Shown here: piece after piece, positions 1 to 9,468 of the stretch
How the letters are laid out: each line of letters begins with the position of its first letter
Numbering within the stretch: the first letter of the stretch is position 1
Source of the DNA: Candidatus Heimdallarchaeota archaeon
GTDB lineage: Archaea; Asgardarchaeota; Heimdallarchaeia; Heimdallarchaeales; Kariarchaeaceae
Assembly: GCA_015523565.1 (NCBI GenBank)
Contig: WAKA01000156.1
Span: 1 to 50,604, forward strand
DNA length: 50,604 nt
Direction of reading: 5' to 3'
Position numbers and translations under genes: made by a program
Notes under the pieces: model-generated
Seen by the model: only the letters and a program-made list of their open reading frames with translations
The model's database searches: none
What the model was told of the DNA's origin: nothing

Positions 1-62
1 AAACTTCCTTTCTTTTTACTAACCAAGAGTAAGGTTATATTCTCCTATTTCTGAATTGATTT

Positions 63-1082
63 GTGCATATTCCAAAAGTCAAGTTAATTGGGGTTGGCGG
101 TACGATTGCGAGCATTAAAACACCTGAAGGTTTAATCCCTGGATTAAATGTTGATCGGATTATTCGGTCTATCCCTGAATTGACCAATATTTGTGAAATT
201 GATACCTTTCAGCTGATGAACCTTGATTCATCAAATCTGCAACCTGAAGATTGGATCAAGATTGCAAATGCTTGCATTGACGCTCTTAATGACCAAACAA
301 TCGAGGGTGTTGTGGTTCTACATGGAACCGATACTATGGCTCATTCTGCTACTGCTGTTTCTTTTCTTGTCCGAGATCAAAACAAACCAATAATTTTCAC
401 AGGGTCACAGATCCCTTTTGAATCATTTGGCACTGATGCTCGTCGCAACATTGTGGATTCAATCAGGGTAATCTTGGAAACTGACATTGCGGAAACAATG
501 ATTGTATTTGATTCAAAGGTTTATCGTGCATCTAGGACAACAAAATTGCGGGAATATGAATTTAATGCATTTGAGACTATTGACCCCACCCCAATTGCAG
601 AAATTGCACGCCGCATTGAGATCATTGATCCATTTGTCAAACGAAGGCGGAATTCTCTGGCTTGGCTTGATGGCTCAATAAATCCAAATGTTGCACTTAT
701 CCGTGCATTTCCTGGGTTGAAACCAAAAATGATGGAAACTCTACCCGAACTTGGCTATCAAGGTGTAGTGATCTCTGCTTATGGGGCGGGGAATTTGCCC
801 ACAAAAGAGAGGTCTTTGATTAAACCTCTGAGAAAGTTGTTGCAGGAGGGGTTCCCTGTGGTTGTTACAACTCAATGTGTTTTTGGAAGAAGTGAGCTAT
901 TTCTTTATGAGGCAGGGAATATGCTGTTGCAGATGGGGGTCATTTCGGGTTATGATATGTTGTCGGAAACTGCCCTGATAAAATTGATGTGGGTGCTGGC
1001 AAAGACGACTGAGATGGATGAAATCCGCAAACTGATGGGGAAAAACATTGCGGGGGAAATCCGTGCGAAGATTTTATTCTGA
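63..1082 (+). CDS. ansA: L-asparaginase, type I
   Basis: GGTIAS and HGTDTM catalytic Thr motifs, TGSQIP, YGAGN; lacks the N-terminal domain of GatD; GTG start. Confidence 0.9.
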   Translation: MHIPKVKLIGVGGTIASIKTPEGLIPGLNVDRIIRSIPELTNICEIDTFQLMNLDSSNLQPEDWIKIANACIDALNDQTIEGVVVLHGTDTMAHSATAVSFLVRDQNKPIIFTGSQIPFESFGTDARRNIVDSIRVILETDIAETMIVFDSKVYRASRTTKLREYEFNAFETIDPTPIAEIARRIEIIDPFVKRRRNSLAWLDGSINPNVALIRAFPGLKPKMMETLPELGYQGVVISAYGAGNLPTKERSLIKPLRKLLQEGFPVVVTTQCVFGRSELFLYEAGNMLLQMGVISGYDMLSETALIKLMWVLAKTTEMDEIRKLMGKNIAGEIRAKILF

Positions 1083-1331
1083 ACGGATTCTTTCCTCAAT
1101 GCCTTTTGCAAGGGTTGCCGCCTTGACAATGTCATCAAGTGTGTGCTTTAGTCTTCCCAAAGTCATTTTCCCCTTTACAATGACTTTGATGCCACCTTTC
1201 TCCTTTATTGTCGTGCAGGTTGCTTCTCCTGGCATTGTCTGGTTTTCTGGACTGACCGCGGCATCTAGGATATTTGGGTCTCCTTCAATGAAGACACTTG
1301 CTTCACATTCTAATGTTGGTTCACTGCTCAT
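1074..1331 (-). CDS. pcc1: KEOPS complex subunit Pcc1
   Basis: 85 aa from ATG at 1331; AVSPEN motif and C-terminal 'LGRLKHTLDDIV' match the Pcc1/LAGE3 pattern. Confidence 0.75.
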   Translation of the reverse strand: MSSEPTLECEASVFIEGDPNILDAAVSPENQTMPGEATCTTIKEKGGIKVIVKGKMTLGRLKHTLDDIVKAATLAKGIEERIRSE

Positions 1332-1369
1332 TATGAACTCTTTTTGCTTTTTACCACAAAACAGTTGCG

Positions 1370-1972
1370 TTATGGTGCTTGATTGTAGTAGGATGCCTTT
1401 GCCCAAAACACGAAATCATTCCATGAAACAATCCCAAATTCCTCCCACATCCCCCTGTTGATGTTATGGAATACTGCTGGCATATCTGCGATTGTGGGCA
1501 TTCTCCCCAATTCTTTCTCCATTTCTATCAACACATGCATGGCTTCAATCAACAGTTCTTCCTTGTTTCTCTTCATTTGTTTTATTCCACAGAATTCAAG
1601 AAAGTCCCCCCATGAATTTATTCCAAACCTTTTCCAATATCCATTGTAAATTGGTGTTGCAATTTTGCTAAATCCTTCAAAATGTGCTCTGGGAACTTTC
1701 CCTGTTCTTGTGAAAAAGTTGAGGGCTTCTTCTTTCGCTTTTTCAAGACCTGCATAGCCTTTCCACATGGTCTTTCTATTGGGAAGCAACCGTGCATATG
1801 CAAGCAAATCAAGCCAACATTCAATTCCGAATTCAGCATAACATCCATTGATCACTTTTTTATGTATCTCTGGAAATGCATTGTAAGAGGGTTCTTCTCC
1901 GAATTCCTGATAATAACCGTGCAAGGTTTTCTTCACTTCATGAAGCTCATGTGTTATTTCTAACTGCTCCAT
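1370..1972 (-). CDS. Protein with three ~55-aa repeats resembling homing-endonuclease-associated repeats
   Basis: Repeated G-x-x-P ... FGI-x-[SC]W-x-D units: FGIECWLDLL, FGINSWGDFL, FGIVSWNDFV. Confidence 0.6.
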   Translation of the reverse strand: MEQLEITHELHEVKKTLHGYYQEFGEEPSYNAFPEIHKKVINGCYAEFGIECWLDLLAYARLLPNRKTMWKGYAGLEKAKEEALNFFTRTGKVPRAHFEGFSKIATPIYNGYWKRFGINSWGDFLEFCGIKQMKRNKEELLIEAMHVLIEMEKELGRMPTIADMPAVFHNINRGMWEEFGIVSWNDFVFWAKASYYNQAP

Positions 1973-2003
1973 CCCTTTTGTGTTCCAACTTTCTTATTTA
2001 AGA

Positions 2004-2636
2004 TCAGAAAATGCTTACGGAGAGTTGCAGCAAAAGTTGTCCGAGAATGTAATTCGCGGAAATGAACCTTTCTGATTGGTTAAAATCCCTGTGAAATTCC
2101 CTATAAGCTATCATCATGTCTGATGAGACAAACAATGCCATCCCTAGTGCCTGTAGTAATGACGTGGTATTGGGGTTGTCAATTGCATTAAGGATCATGA
2201 TGCCAAAGGCGGTCATAATTGTTGCAGTATAGAATGCGGCTCCAATGGACAATGTTTTTTTTGAGGGGTTGTATGCGACTTTCATGTATCCTATGCTTCC
2301 AATTATCAAAACCACCATGCCCAGCAACCTCCAATCAGGTGTTGCAAGGGTTAATGCACCAAACGCATAGAGAAGATGAGCGACTGCAAAAAAGATTATT
2401 CCGTCGATCAATCGTATCTTTGTCAGTTTAATCCAATTTGCCATTGCCAAATCACCAAGCAATGACAAGGTCATTGCAAATGCAAACAATAAGATGGTGT
2501 ATGTTTTGGTATAGTACCAATTGATCCACGATCCAACTGCAAGAATCGTTGTGGTGGCTATGAAATGCCTCTTTTTTAGGGTTTTGAGATGGATTGCTTC
2601 CAAAGGCAATGCCAAAAGCAATATGATGGCTGTCAT
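2004..2636 (-). CDS. YhhN/TMEM86 family (lysoplasmalogenase-like) membrane protein
   Basis: Multi-TM; SLLGD, FFAVAHLLY and LFVSSD family motifs; ATGA overlap with the upstream gene. Confidence 0.8.
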   Translation of the reverse strand: MTAIILLLALPLEAIHLKTLKKRHFIATTTILAVGSWINWYYTKTYTILLFAFAMTLSLLGDLAMANWIKLTKIRLIDGIIFFAVAHLLYAFGALTLATPDWRLLGMVVLIIGSIGYMKVAYNPSKKTLSIGAAFYTATIMTAFGIMILNAIDNPNTTSLLQALGMALFVSSDMMIAYREFHRDFNQSERFISANYILGQLLLQLSVSIF

Positions 2637-3898
2637 TCGTGTACTCCCTGTATGTCCCTGTTTACCGTCTCATCTGCATTAATCCTGGCTCCACATCCGA
2701 TTTTAACTCCTGGGAGGATACTAACCCCGATCCCTGTTTTTACGTCATCTCCCATAATCACTCCCAATTTCCGTCGTCCACTTGAAATTCTTTTGTCTTT
2801 CACTGTCACCTTCACAGGTCTATTGTCATGCCTAAGATTTGCTGTGATTGTCCCTGCTCCCAAATTGCATTTTTCTCCTAAAATTGAATCCCCAATGTAA
2901 GACAAGTGAGCCGCATGTGTGTTGGCATAAATGATTGAATTCTTCACCTCGCATGCATTGCCAACTCTGCTGTTTTTCCCAAAATAACTTGCTCCTCTGA
3001 TATATGTGTTTGGTCCGATATCTGCCCCTTCATCAAAATAGGCTGGTCCTTCAATGTAAGTTCCACTCCTGATGCGTGCCGATTTCGCCACATGTATTTT
3101 CCCATATACCCTGACTCCTTCTTCAACGGTTCCCAAAACTTGAAATTCATTCTGCTCTTTTTCAAGAAGATGTTTGTTTGCCTCAAGCAATAGCCACGGG
3201 TAACCGATGTCAAACCATTTTCCTTTCAATTCATGGACATAGAGGTTATGCTTGTCGATAAGAGTTCGAATTGCATCTGTTAGTTCGATTTCTTTTCTTA
3301 CAGACAGGTCAATCCCATTGAGATATTCCCTCATATCCTTTGGGAAGATAAAGAACCCTGCATTCACCAATGCCTTGCCTTTTATTTCATTTTGGTCTGG
3401 TTTTTCAATGATATTAATTGCTTTCCCATTTTCTGTAAGGGTAAACACGCCATATTTTGAATAATCTTCTGCTTTGAACCCACATGCAAGGGCATCAAAT
3501 CCTTCTGTTTGCTTGAATGCATTCACTGCCTCTTTCAACTCGTCACGTTCGAAAACAAGATCCCCAAAGACAACCATGAACTCCTCTTCTATCCCTTCAA
3601 TGGCGCATTTAACCGCATCTCCTGTACCCCTCGGTTTTTCTTGGTAGATGCACCTGATATTCTGTGTTGGATAATGGGTTTCTATGAATTGTTTCACAAG
3701 TCCTGAAAATGCATGAATTACAACCCTTACCTCTTCAACCTCTTCAATTTCTAGTATTTGGTCTATCGTTCTCTGAAGAATTGGTTTTCCTCCAACTTCC
3801 AGCAATGGCTTTGGTCTATTGCAGGTCAACGGTTTTAAACGTGTACCCAACCCTGCTGCGAGTACAATTGCTTTCACAACATTGCAACCCTGCTCCAT
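2633..3898 (-). CDS. glmU: Bifunctional sugar-1-phosphate nucleotidylyltransferase/acetyltransferase (archaeal GlmU type)
   Basis: LAAGLGTRLKPLT..PKPL, hexapeptide repeats, HLSYIGDS, GAGTITANLR; start could be GTG at 3877. Confidence 0.9.
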   Translation of the reverse strand: MEQGCNVVKAIVLAAGLGTRLKPLTCNRPKPLLEVGGKPILQRTIDQILEIEEVEEVRVVIHAFSGLVKQFIETHYPTQNIRCIYQEKPRGTGDAVKCAIEGIEEEFMVVFGDLVFERDELKEAVNAFKQTEGFDALACGFKAEDYSKYGVFTLTENGKAINIIEKPDQNEIKGKALVNAGFFIFPKDMREYLNGIDLSVRKEIELTDAIRTLIDKHNLYVHELKGKWFDIGYPWLLLEANKHLLEKEQNEFQVLGTVEEGVRVYGKIHVAKSARIRSGTYIEGPAYFDEGADIGPNTYIRGASYFGKNSRVGNACEVKNSIIYANTHAAHLSYIGDSILGEKCNLGAGTITANLRHDNRPVKVTVKDKRISSGRRKLGVIMGDDVKTGIGVSILPGVKIGCGARINADETVNRDIQGVHE

Positions 3899-3933
3899 CA
3901 ATATAAGGATAAAGTTATTCTTTCGGGAATTTT

Positions 3934-4899
3934 CTATCTAAAAAGGTCAAACACTGGATCTTCTTCAATCTTGAGAAATCCCAACTGTTGTAGGGTATCG
4001 CCTAATTTTTTGCTTTTGAGGACTTGGATATCGATTGCCAAGAACTGTAACTGAAAAATTCTGTGGATAATGCCCTTTAAAACATTCTCCAGTTCATTTT
4101 CTGTATACTGTCCGCTGGCGTATACTCTAACATATTGGGTCAATATTGCCACTATTTCTCCATCTTGGAGGGGATATTTTACAATTTGGAGCATGGGTGT
4201 CTCTCCCCAAACGAATGGTTGTGCCACAGTGCTCTTTGATTTGATCATTTGTAACAGGTCAAATTCTTTTGTAAGGTAATCTCCTAAAACTCTTCTTCTC
4301 CCCTTGAACAAGTCGGTAATTTTCCTTTCTTTTGTTCCATCAATTACTTCTGTTCTGTTTAACTTTGTGGGTTGTTTTGGCAGTACTTCATACAGTTCTC
4401 CTTCCTTGAATACAAGATTGTTGTCCATTTCTTCATGATCCAAATCAAAATTAAGGTCAATCCAATAATTCTCAAGATAGTCTGTAATTTTCCCCTCTGA
4501 TAAATAAAGTTTTTCCGTTCTTTCGTCTTCCGCTTCTGCCCAAATGCTACTCATTCCCTTTTTATCCGCTATTTTTCTAAGCTCTGCAATAAGTTTTCTT
4601 GCAATTCCTCTTCCTCTGTACTCCTTATCAACAAGCAACCAAACAATATGCAGTCTTTCATCTTCGATAGAAACCGTATAATCAAGTTGACCAACTATTT
4701 CATTGTCGACTTTTGCAACAATTATCCCTCCACCACTTTCCTTGAGAATCGAGTAATGCCATTCCAATAGGCTCAAATCGCCCCACCACTGCAATTCCTC
4801 AAATCGATATGCTTTCTCTTCTTCTGAAATTCCATATTCCCTTAGATTCATTTTGACAATTTCTGGTAGGTCATTTTCAGTAGCCAATTGGATTTCCAC
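3934..4899 (-). CDS. GNAT family N-acetyltransferase
   Basis: Acetyl-CoA motif A: VDKEYRGRGIARKL; unassigned C-terminal half. Confidence 0.8.
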   Translation of the reverse strand: MEIQLATENDLPEIVKMNLREYGISEEEKAYRFEELQWWGDLSLLEWHYSILKESGGGIIVAKVDNEIVGQLDYTVSIEDERLHIVWLLVDKEYRGRGIARKLIAELRKIADKKGMSSIWAEAEDERTEKLYLSEGKITDYLENYWIDLNFDLDHEEMDNNLVFKEGELYEVLPKQPTKLNRTEVIDGTKERKITDLFKGRRRVLGDYLTKEFDLLQMIKSKSTVAQPFVWGETPMLQIVKYPLQDGEIVAILTQYVRVYASGQYTENELENVLKGIIHRIFQLQFLAIDIQVLKSKKLGDTLQQLGFLKIEEDPVFDLFR

Positions 4900-4988
4900 A
4901 AATGTTTTGACAAGGTATTTACATAAGAGGATTGTTTTAGAAATCCCTTGACAGAAAAACTATTCAATCCCCTGTCTTTTTATGACAT

Positions 4989-6275
4989 GTGCCCCCAAAA
5001 CCAAACTATTCTGTAGAACAGTTGATCGACGAATTGTTCCATGAGCCAGATTTACAAAAAAGACGGTATGTTCCGGACAAGCTTGCAAAATTAGGTGATT
5101 GGCGATCTACAGACCCATTGGGTAAAATACTATGTGACTCTTCTCAACCTACAATTTTAAGGAATGAATGTGCCGAATCATTGGGGAAACAGGGGGACCC
5201 TCGTGCCTTGGTTTATTTGAGTCAATGCTTGCACGATCCTGATCCTGAATTAAGAAGAACTGTTATTTGGTCTATTGGTCAAATAGGAAGGCCTGACGGG
5301 ATTGATCTTCTTCGCCAGACTTTTTTTGATAGTGATAAAATGTGCCTAAAATGGATTCCTAAGTCTTTGGGTCGGATTTTTTCTCCGCAATCTGTTGCAG
5401 TTTTGAAAGATTATTGGTTGCATTTGCAGGATCGTTTTCCGCAAGTCCCCCCCGCCTTATTAGTTGAAATTCTAAGGGCTGCCCATAATCTCTTTCCTTT
5501 TATGGACATTTCCCATCTTAGGTTTTGGTTTTCCCTTGCAAAATCACATTTGGATGATTCATCTCCAATTTTGGTTCAAGCCTCCCTGATATTGCTCAAT
5601 GATATTGTTTCATCCTCTGATATCCCCCTGCCTTGTAGCTTCTTGGAAGAAAAAAAACCTTTCCTTGTTAATTCTCCTGTCAAGAACCACTTTTTTATGC
5701 TTGCACATTCACTGTCATGCTTTCAAATTCTTCAATCTCTATTTCATGAACGCAATGATCCCTCAATACTTCTCTATCTTGCCTCTTTCCTTTACAATTC
5801 AAATCCTGGGCAAATAGACAAATATTTCTCTGATCAAAGATCTGCAATTCCTTTCACCAAAGGTCTTTTGTTTGACGAAATCATGGACAAGAAAATTGTT
5901 GGTATGCTTGAGCAATTAAAATCTGAAGATTTGGAATTCTTGCAGGTTTACTATTCATATCGGATGCATCTTGAACGACAGTTTTCAATTATTCAAGAGA
6001 TGCTTTCGGATCGGAGACTTACTGCGACTGCTCTTCGACTTTTATGGCTTATCCCCCCTGATGAGGATGTTACCTCTCTTCTGATGGAATATGTTCGCAA
6101 TGGCGAGAAAAAGTATGTACAGGCGGTTGTTTGGGTTGTGGGAAAGATATTGGAGAATTTCCCCCCCACCTCTGGTCTTCTTGATGTGTTGCACTATATT
6201 GTTGATCATGAGCGCATTTGGCATATTCGAAGGGATGCCCGTTTGCTTCTTTATAACTATTCCCAACATCTTTAA
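4989..6275 (+). CDS. HEAT (PBS-lyase-like) repeat protein
   Basis: Repeats LRNECAESLGKQGDPRA, LRRTVIWSIGQIG, SLGRI. Confidence 0.75.
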   Translation: MPPKPNYSVEQLIDELFHEPDLQKRRYVPDKLAKLGDWRSTDPLGKILCDSSQPTILRNECAESLGKQGDPRALVYLSQCLHDPDPELRRTVIWSIGQIGRPDGIDLLRQTFFDSDKMCLKWIPKSLGRIFSPQSVAVLKDYWLHLQDRFPQVPPALLVEILRAAHNLFPFMDISHLRFWFSLAKSHLDDSSPILVQASLILLNDIVSSSDIPLPCSFLEEKKPFLVNSPVKNHFFMLAHSLSCFQILQSLFHERNDPSILLYLASFLYNSNPGQIDKYFSDQRSAIPFTKGLLFDEIMDKKIVGMLEQLKSEDLEFLQVYYSYRMHLERQFSIIQEMLSDRRLTATALRLLWLIPPDEDVTSLLMEYVRNGEKKYVQAVVWVVGKILENFPPTSGLLDVLHYIVDHERIWHIRRDARLLLYNYSQHL

Positions 6276-6297
6276 GGTACCGCGTTTTTGCTTATTT

Positions 6298-7017
6298 GTG
6301 AAACGTATTTTCTTGGTTGCTGTTGGGATTCAAGATTCTGGGAATTTGGGTGCTTTGGCAAGGCTTTGCCATAATTTTGAGTTAAGTGGCTTGTGTACTG
6401 TTGATCGGCAATGTGAAATTGATGATCAAGCCTTCAAGCTTGCGACACATGGTTTTCGGTACTTGGAAGCGTTATTGGAATTCCAATCAATGGATGAGTT
6501 GTCTTCTTATTTCGATTACTTGGTGGGGTTGACTGCTCGTAAGGCTGGTGCTCGAAGTTATGAACGCACCGTTGAGTCTATTGTGGATGTGGCGTCTTTT
6601 GTGCGACCCTTGGATGTTGAAAAATTGGGCATCGTTGTTGGAAGGGAATCCTCTGGTCTTACAAATGAGGAAATCAAATTTTGTAATCGTCTTGCTACAA
6701 TCGAAATCTCTGGAAAATTGCCCGTATTCAATATTTCCCATGCCGCGGCTCTTGCTCTCTATGAATTGTTCCGATCACCCATATCCCAACTTGATCCTGC
6801 CATAAGCGCAATGCATGGCAAAACTCGTGCCATCCTTATTTCCGAGTTGGCATCAATTATTGATAAATTGTCTCCAGATCCTTGGTGGAGGAAGCACATG
6901 CTTCAAATTATGAGAAATGTATTTGGTCGGAGCCTAGTAAGCCAATCTGAAGCAAATGCAACCATTGGACTCTTCAAAAAGATCAACTTTGAGCTTACAT
7001 GTGAGAATCGGCAATAA
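6298..7017 (+). CDS. trmJ: TrmJ/SpoU family tRNA 2'-O-methyltransferase
   Basis: GNLGALARLCHNF, GRESSGLTNEE, FNISHA SPOUT motifs; start set at GTG 6298, downstream of the preceding gene's stop. Confidence 0.85.
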   Translation: MKRIFLVAVGIQDSGNLGALARLCHNFELSGLCTVDRQCEIDDQAFKLATHGFRYLEALLEFQSMDELSSYFDYLVGLTARKAGARSYERTVESIVDVASFVRPLDVEKLGIVVGRESSGLTNEEIKFCNRLATIEISGKLPVFNISHAAALALYELFRSPISQLDPAISAMHGKTRAILISELASIIDKLSPDPWWRKHMLQIMRNVFGRSLVSQSEANATIGLFKKINFELTCENRQ

Positions 7018-7086
7018 AATAGTGAATTTCTTCCCTGTGAATGGTAAAGAAAATAAAGTCGTTCCTTCATTTTAATATTGACTGTA

Positions 7087-7944
7087 ATGATAACTTTCCC
7101 CAATGTTTCCCTTATCGACTATTTGACTTTGCTTATTGATATCCTTATATTGTTGGGAATTGTCGGGGTAATTATAAAAAAATATTCGTCTCCAAAATTA
7201 TGCAATGATATTGAGAAAACAGAAAAAGACCTTCAAATTTGGAGGCGGGGATTGTATATTGCAGTTCTCTCAGGATGGGCAATCTCATATTTTTCGGTTG
7301 TTTCTCCATCCCCAATAAAGTTCCTTTTCCATTTTTCATTTGTTTCCGCAACTTCAATTACCTTGGTAATCTCACTTCCTGCATGGATTTGTAAAAAAAG
7401 AAAGTTGAGCTTGGTTTGTGCCTGTGACATTTATCGTTACAACGATTTCGAGCTAATGTTGTTGCTTGCTGTTACTGGATCACTGGCATTTATCCTGCTT
7501 CCCTCCAATGAAGCCGCAACATGGCTTTGGGTTTTTTTATTGGGCGCAGCGGCAATCTTGTATTTTGGAAAACCAAAAAAGAAAATTGAACATTTGAAAT
7601 ATCCTGAAGAACTTGCATTAAGAACTCTTGAGGAGTTGCAGGAATTTCTGATGACTGATCCCTCACAACGCAAACTGATCACTGTTCTGAAGGCAGAATG
7701 CGACTTTTGCAAGCTTCAGGCTGAAGAAATGGCAACGATCCCCGATATTGGTCGACTGTACCGTGTTATTGACTTGACCCATCTTGAGAACTTGGATCCC
7801 TTTATTCTCGAATTTCTCAATTTTGAAGACCCTTCTCGCATAAAAGTTCCTACAAGTGTGATTATTGACAATGGAATGAGTTTTGACAGAAAAGATGGGG
7901 TTCTTACTAAGGATGAGCTCTTGGCGATTCTTTCTGGCTTTTAA
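7087..7944 (+). CDS. Multi-pass membrane protein with C-terminal thioredoxin-like domain
   Basis: About 5 hydrophobic segments, then CDFC (CxxC) and IKVPT (cis-Pro loop). Confidence 0.6.
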   Translation: MITFPNVSLIDYLTLLIDILILLGIVGVIIKKYSSPKLCNDIEKTEKDLQIWRRGLYIAVLSGWAISYFSVVSPSPIKFLFHFSFVSATSITLVISLPAWICKKRKLSLVCACDIYRYNDFELMLLLAVTGSLAFILLPSNEAATWLWVFLLGAAAILYFGKPKKKIEHLKYPEELALRTLEELQEFLMTDPSQRKLITVLKAECDFCKLQAEEMATIPDIGRLYRVIDLTHLENLDPFILEFLNFEDPSRIKVPTSVIIDNGMSFDRKDGVLTKDELLAILSGF

Positions 7945-8548
7945 ATTGGATTGCCCATAATGTTTCTAATCCAAGTGAGAGTTCTCCAACGATTTCCACA
8001 TCACGATGAAACTCTTTTTGACCTCTTCTTTTTATTTCTGTAGGGGTTGTTGCTATTGAACTAAATATGATGAATGCTTGCTGTGAACTTTCAAGCCTGT
8101 TAATCATGTCCCAAGCTGTCTCATCACCCCTTTGGCCCCCAATAAGTGCAAGTCTTTCATTGTCACTCAGTGACTTGTCCATTTCTGGGTCTGCTGGAAG
8201 ATATGGGGGATTAAACAGCACGTTTTTTGGCATTCCTCCTTTCCGGATAGGGGAATTAAAATGTCCTGCAATCACTTGAAGAGGGCATCCATTCATTTCT
8301 GCATTTTGTTTTGTTAACTTAGTTGCCTCATAATTCATGTCAATGGCAATATCTCTTCCCTCACATTTTGATATCGCCAAAATAATTGATCCTGAGCCGC
8401 ATCCAATTTCCATCCATCCCTCATCTTGCATATTTTCATAGTTTTGCTGTCGTTTAATGCAATCAATCATCAGAAACGTATCTTCCCTCGGTTCATAAAC
8501 TCCTTCAACATATCTGATGTCTCTACCTTCAATCTCCTTTGTCGGGAT
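7907..8548 (-). CDS. prmC: HemK2/PrmC release-factor glutamine methyltransferase
   Basis: EIGCGSG, NPPY, GGQRG; conserved VYEPREDTFL lies upstream of the tracked ATG (8470); start tentatively placed at ATC 8548. Confidence 0.8.
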   Translation of the reverse strand: MPTKEIEGRDIRYVEGVYEPREDTFLMIDCIKRQQNYENMQDEGWMEIGCGSGSIILAISKCEGRDIAIDMNYEATKLTKQNAEMNGCPLQVIAGHFNSPIRKGGMPKNVLFNPPYLPADPEMDKSLSDNERLALIGGQRGDETAWDMINRLESSQQAFIIFSSIATTPTEIKRRGQKEFHRDVEIVGELSLGLETLWAIQFKSQKESPRAHP

Positions 8549-9377
8549 TTTTTCTACCTCCTGTCAATGGGAAATGCTGCATTTCCTTTAAGAACTCCAA
8601 AATCTCCACAAGCTCTTCGACTGATAATTGAAAAATTCTTTTCTCTTTTGCAGGAACCCCTTCCCATACCTCTTCTGATGCACTGCGTTTCAGGTACCCT
8701 CTTATTACTTTTCTGACAGTTCGATTTTTCAGTTGAAACAGGTTTCTAGTGAGCAATTGAAATTCGTCAATGTTTACCTCTGCTTTTTTTTCTAAGTCTA
8801 CTCGAACTACAGAGGAATGAACTCTTGGTTTTGGAACAAACGCTTCAGGTGGGACATCCATTATCTTTTTCGTTTTTCCCATCAATTGTGCAATTGCACT
8901 TATCCTTCCATAATTATGTGTTCCTGGTTTTGCAACGATTTTATCCACGACTTCCTTTTGAAGCATAACCGTGATTGTTGAGAACTTCTTCTGAAGTGCC
9001 TTGACAAATATTTGCGATCCAACTGAATATGGGAGGTTGGAGATAAAGTGGGTACTTGCCGGCCATTTGACCTTCAGGGCGTCTCCTTCAATTAACGTGG
9101 CTCCTCTCGCCTTTTCTTCAAGGATGGGGATGAACTTTGCGTTTTTCTCAATGATTGTTAAGTTTCCGCATACCTGCAACACTGCTTGGGAAAGTATCCC
9201 TAATCCCCCTCCCACTTCAAGAACATCGCTTTGCCTGTCAATGCCAGACGCTTGAACCATTTTTACGGCTACGCTGGGTCTAATGAGAAAGTGCGTCCCG
9301 CTTTTCCCTCTCATGTGACGTTTGCGTAACCCTAATTCTTTCATTGTGTTTAACGCAAAGCCTCGCCAATCAATCAC
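8529..9377 (-). CDS. ksgA: KsgA/Dim1 SSU rRNA adenine dimethyltransferase
   Basis: GTHFL, LEVGGGLG, SNLPY, MLQKE, FVPKPRVHS; GTG start at 9377 inferred. Confidence 0.92.
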   Translation of the reverse strand: MIDWRGFALNTMKELGLRKRHMRGKSGTHFLIRPSVAVKMVQASGIDRQSDVLEVGGGLGILSQAVLQVCGNLTIIEKNAKFIPILEEKARGATLIEGDALKVKWPASTHFISNLPYSVGSQIFVKALQKKFSTITVMLQKEVVDKIVAKPGTHNYGRISAIAQLMGKTKKIMDVPPEAFVPKPRVHSSVVRVDLEKKAEVNIDEFQLLTRNLFQLKNRTVRKVIRGYLKRSASEEVWEGVPAKEKRIFQLSVEELVEILEFLKEMQHFPLTGGRKNPDKGD

Positions 9378-9468
9378 ATTTATTCCTTCCACTTGCAAGG
9401 TCAAAAACAGTTGGATGTTGTCAACATATATTGAGAGTCTCACCCTAAAATAGTAAAAGAGAACAATA

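Noticed and set aside
63-1082. GatD (Glu-tRNA amidotransferase subunit D)
   Set aside because: No N-terminal GatD domain; length fits a plain type I asparaginase
6091-6297. Long N-terminal extensions in the ORF track (also 13932, 20719, 28965, 30031, 39054, 50515)
   Set aside because: They overlap neighbouring genes or promoters and precede the homologous region; downstream starts were used
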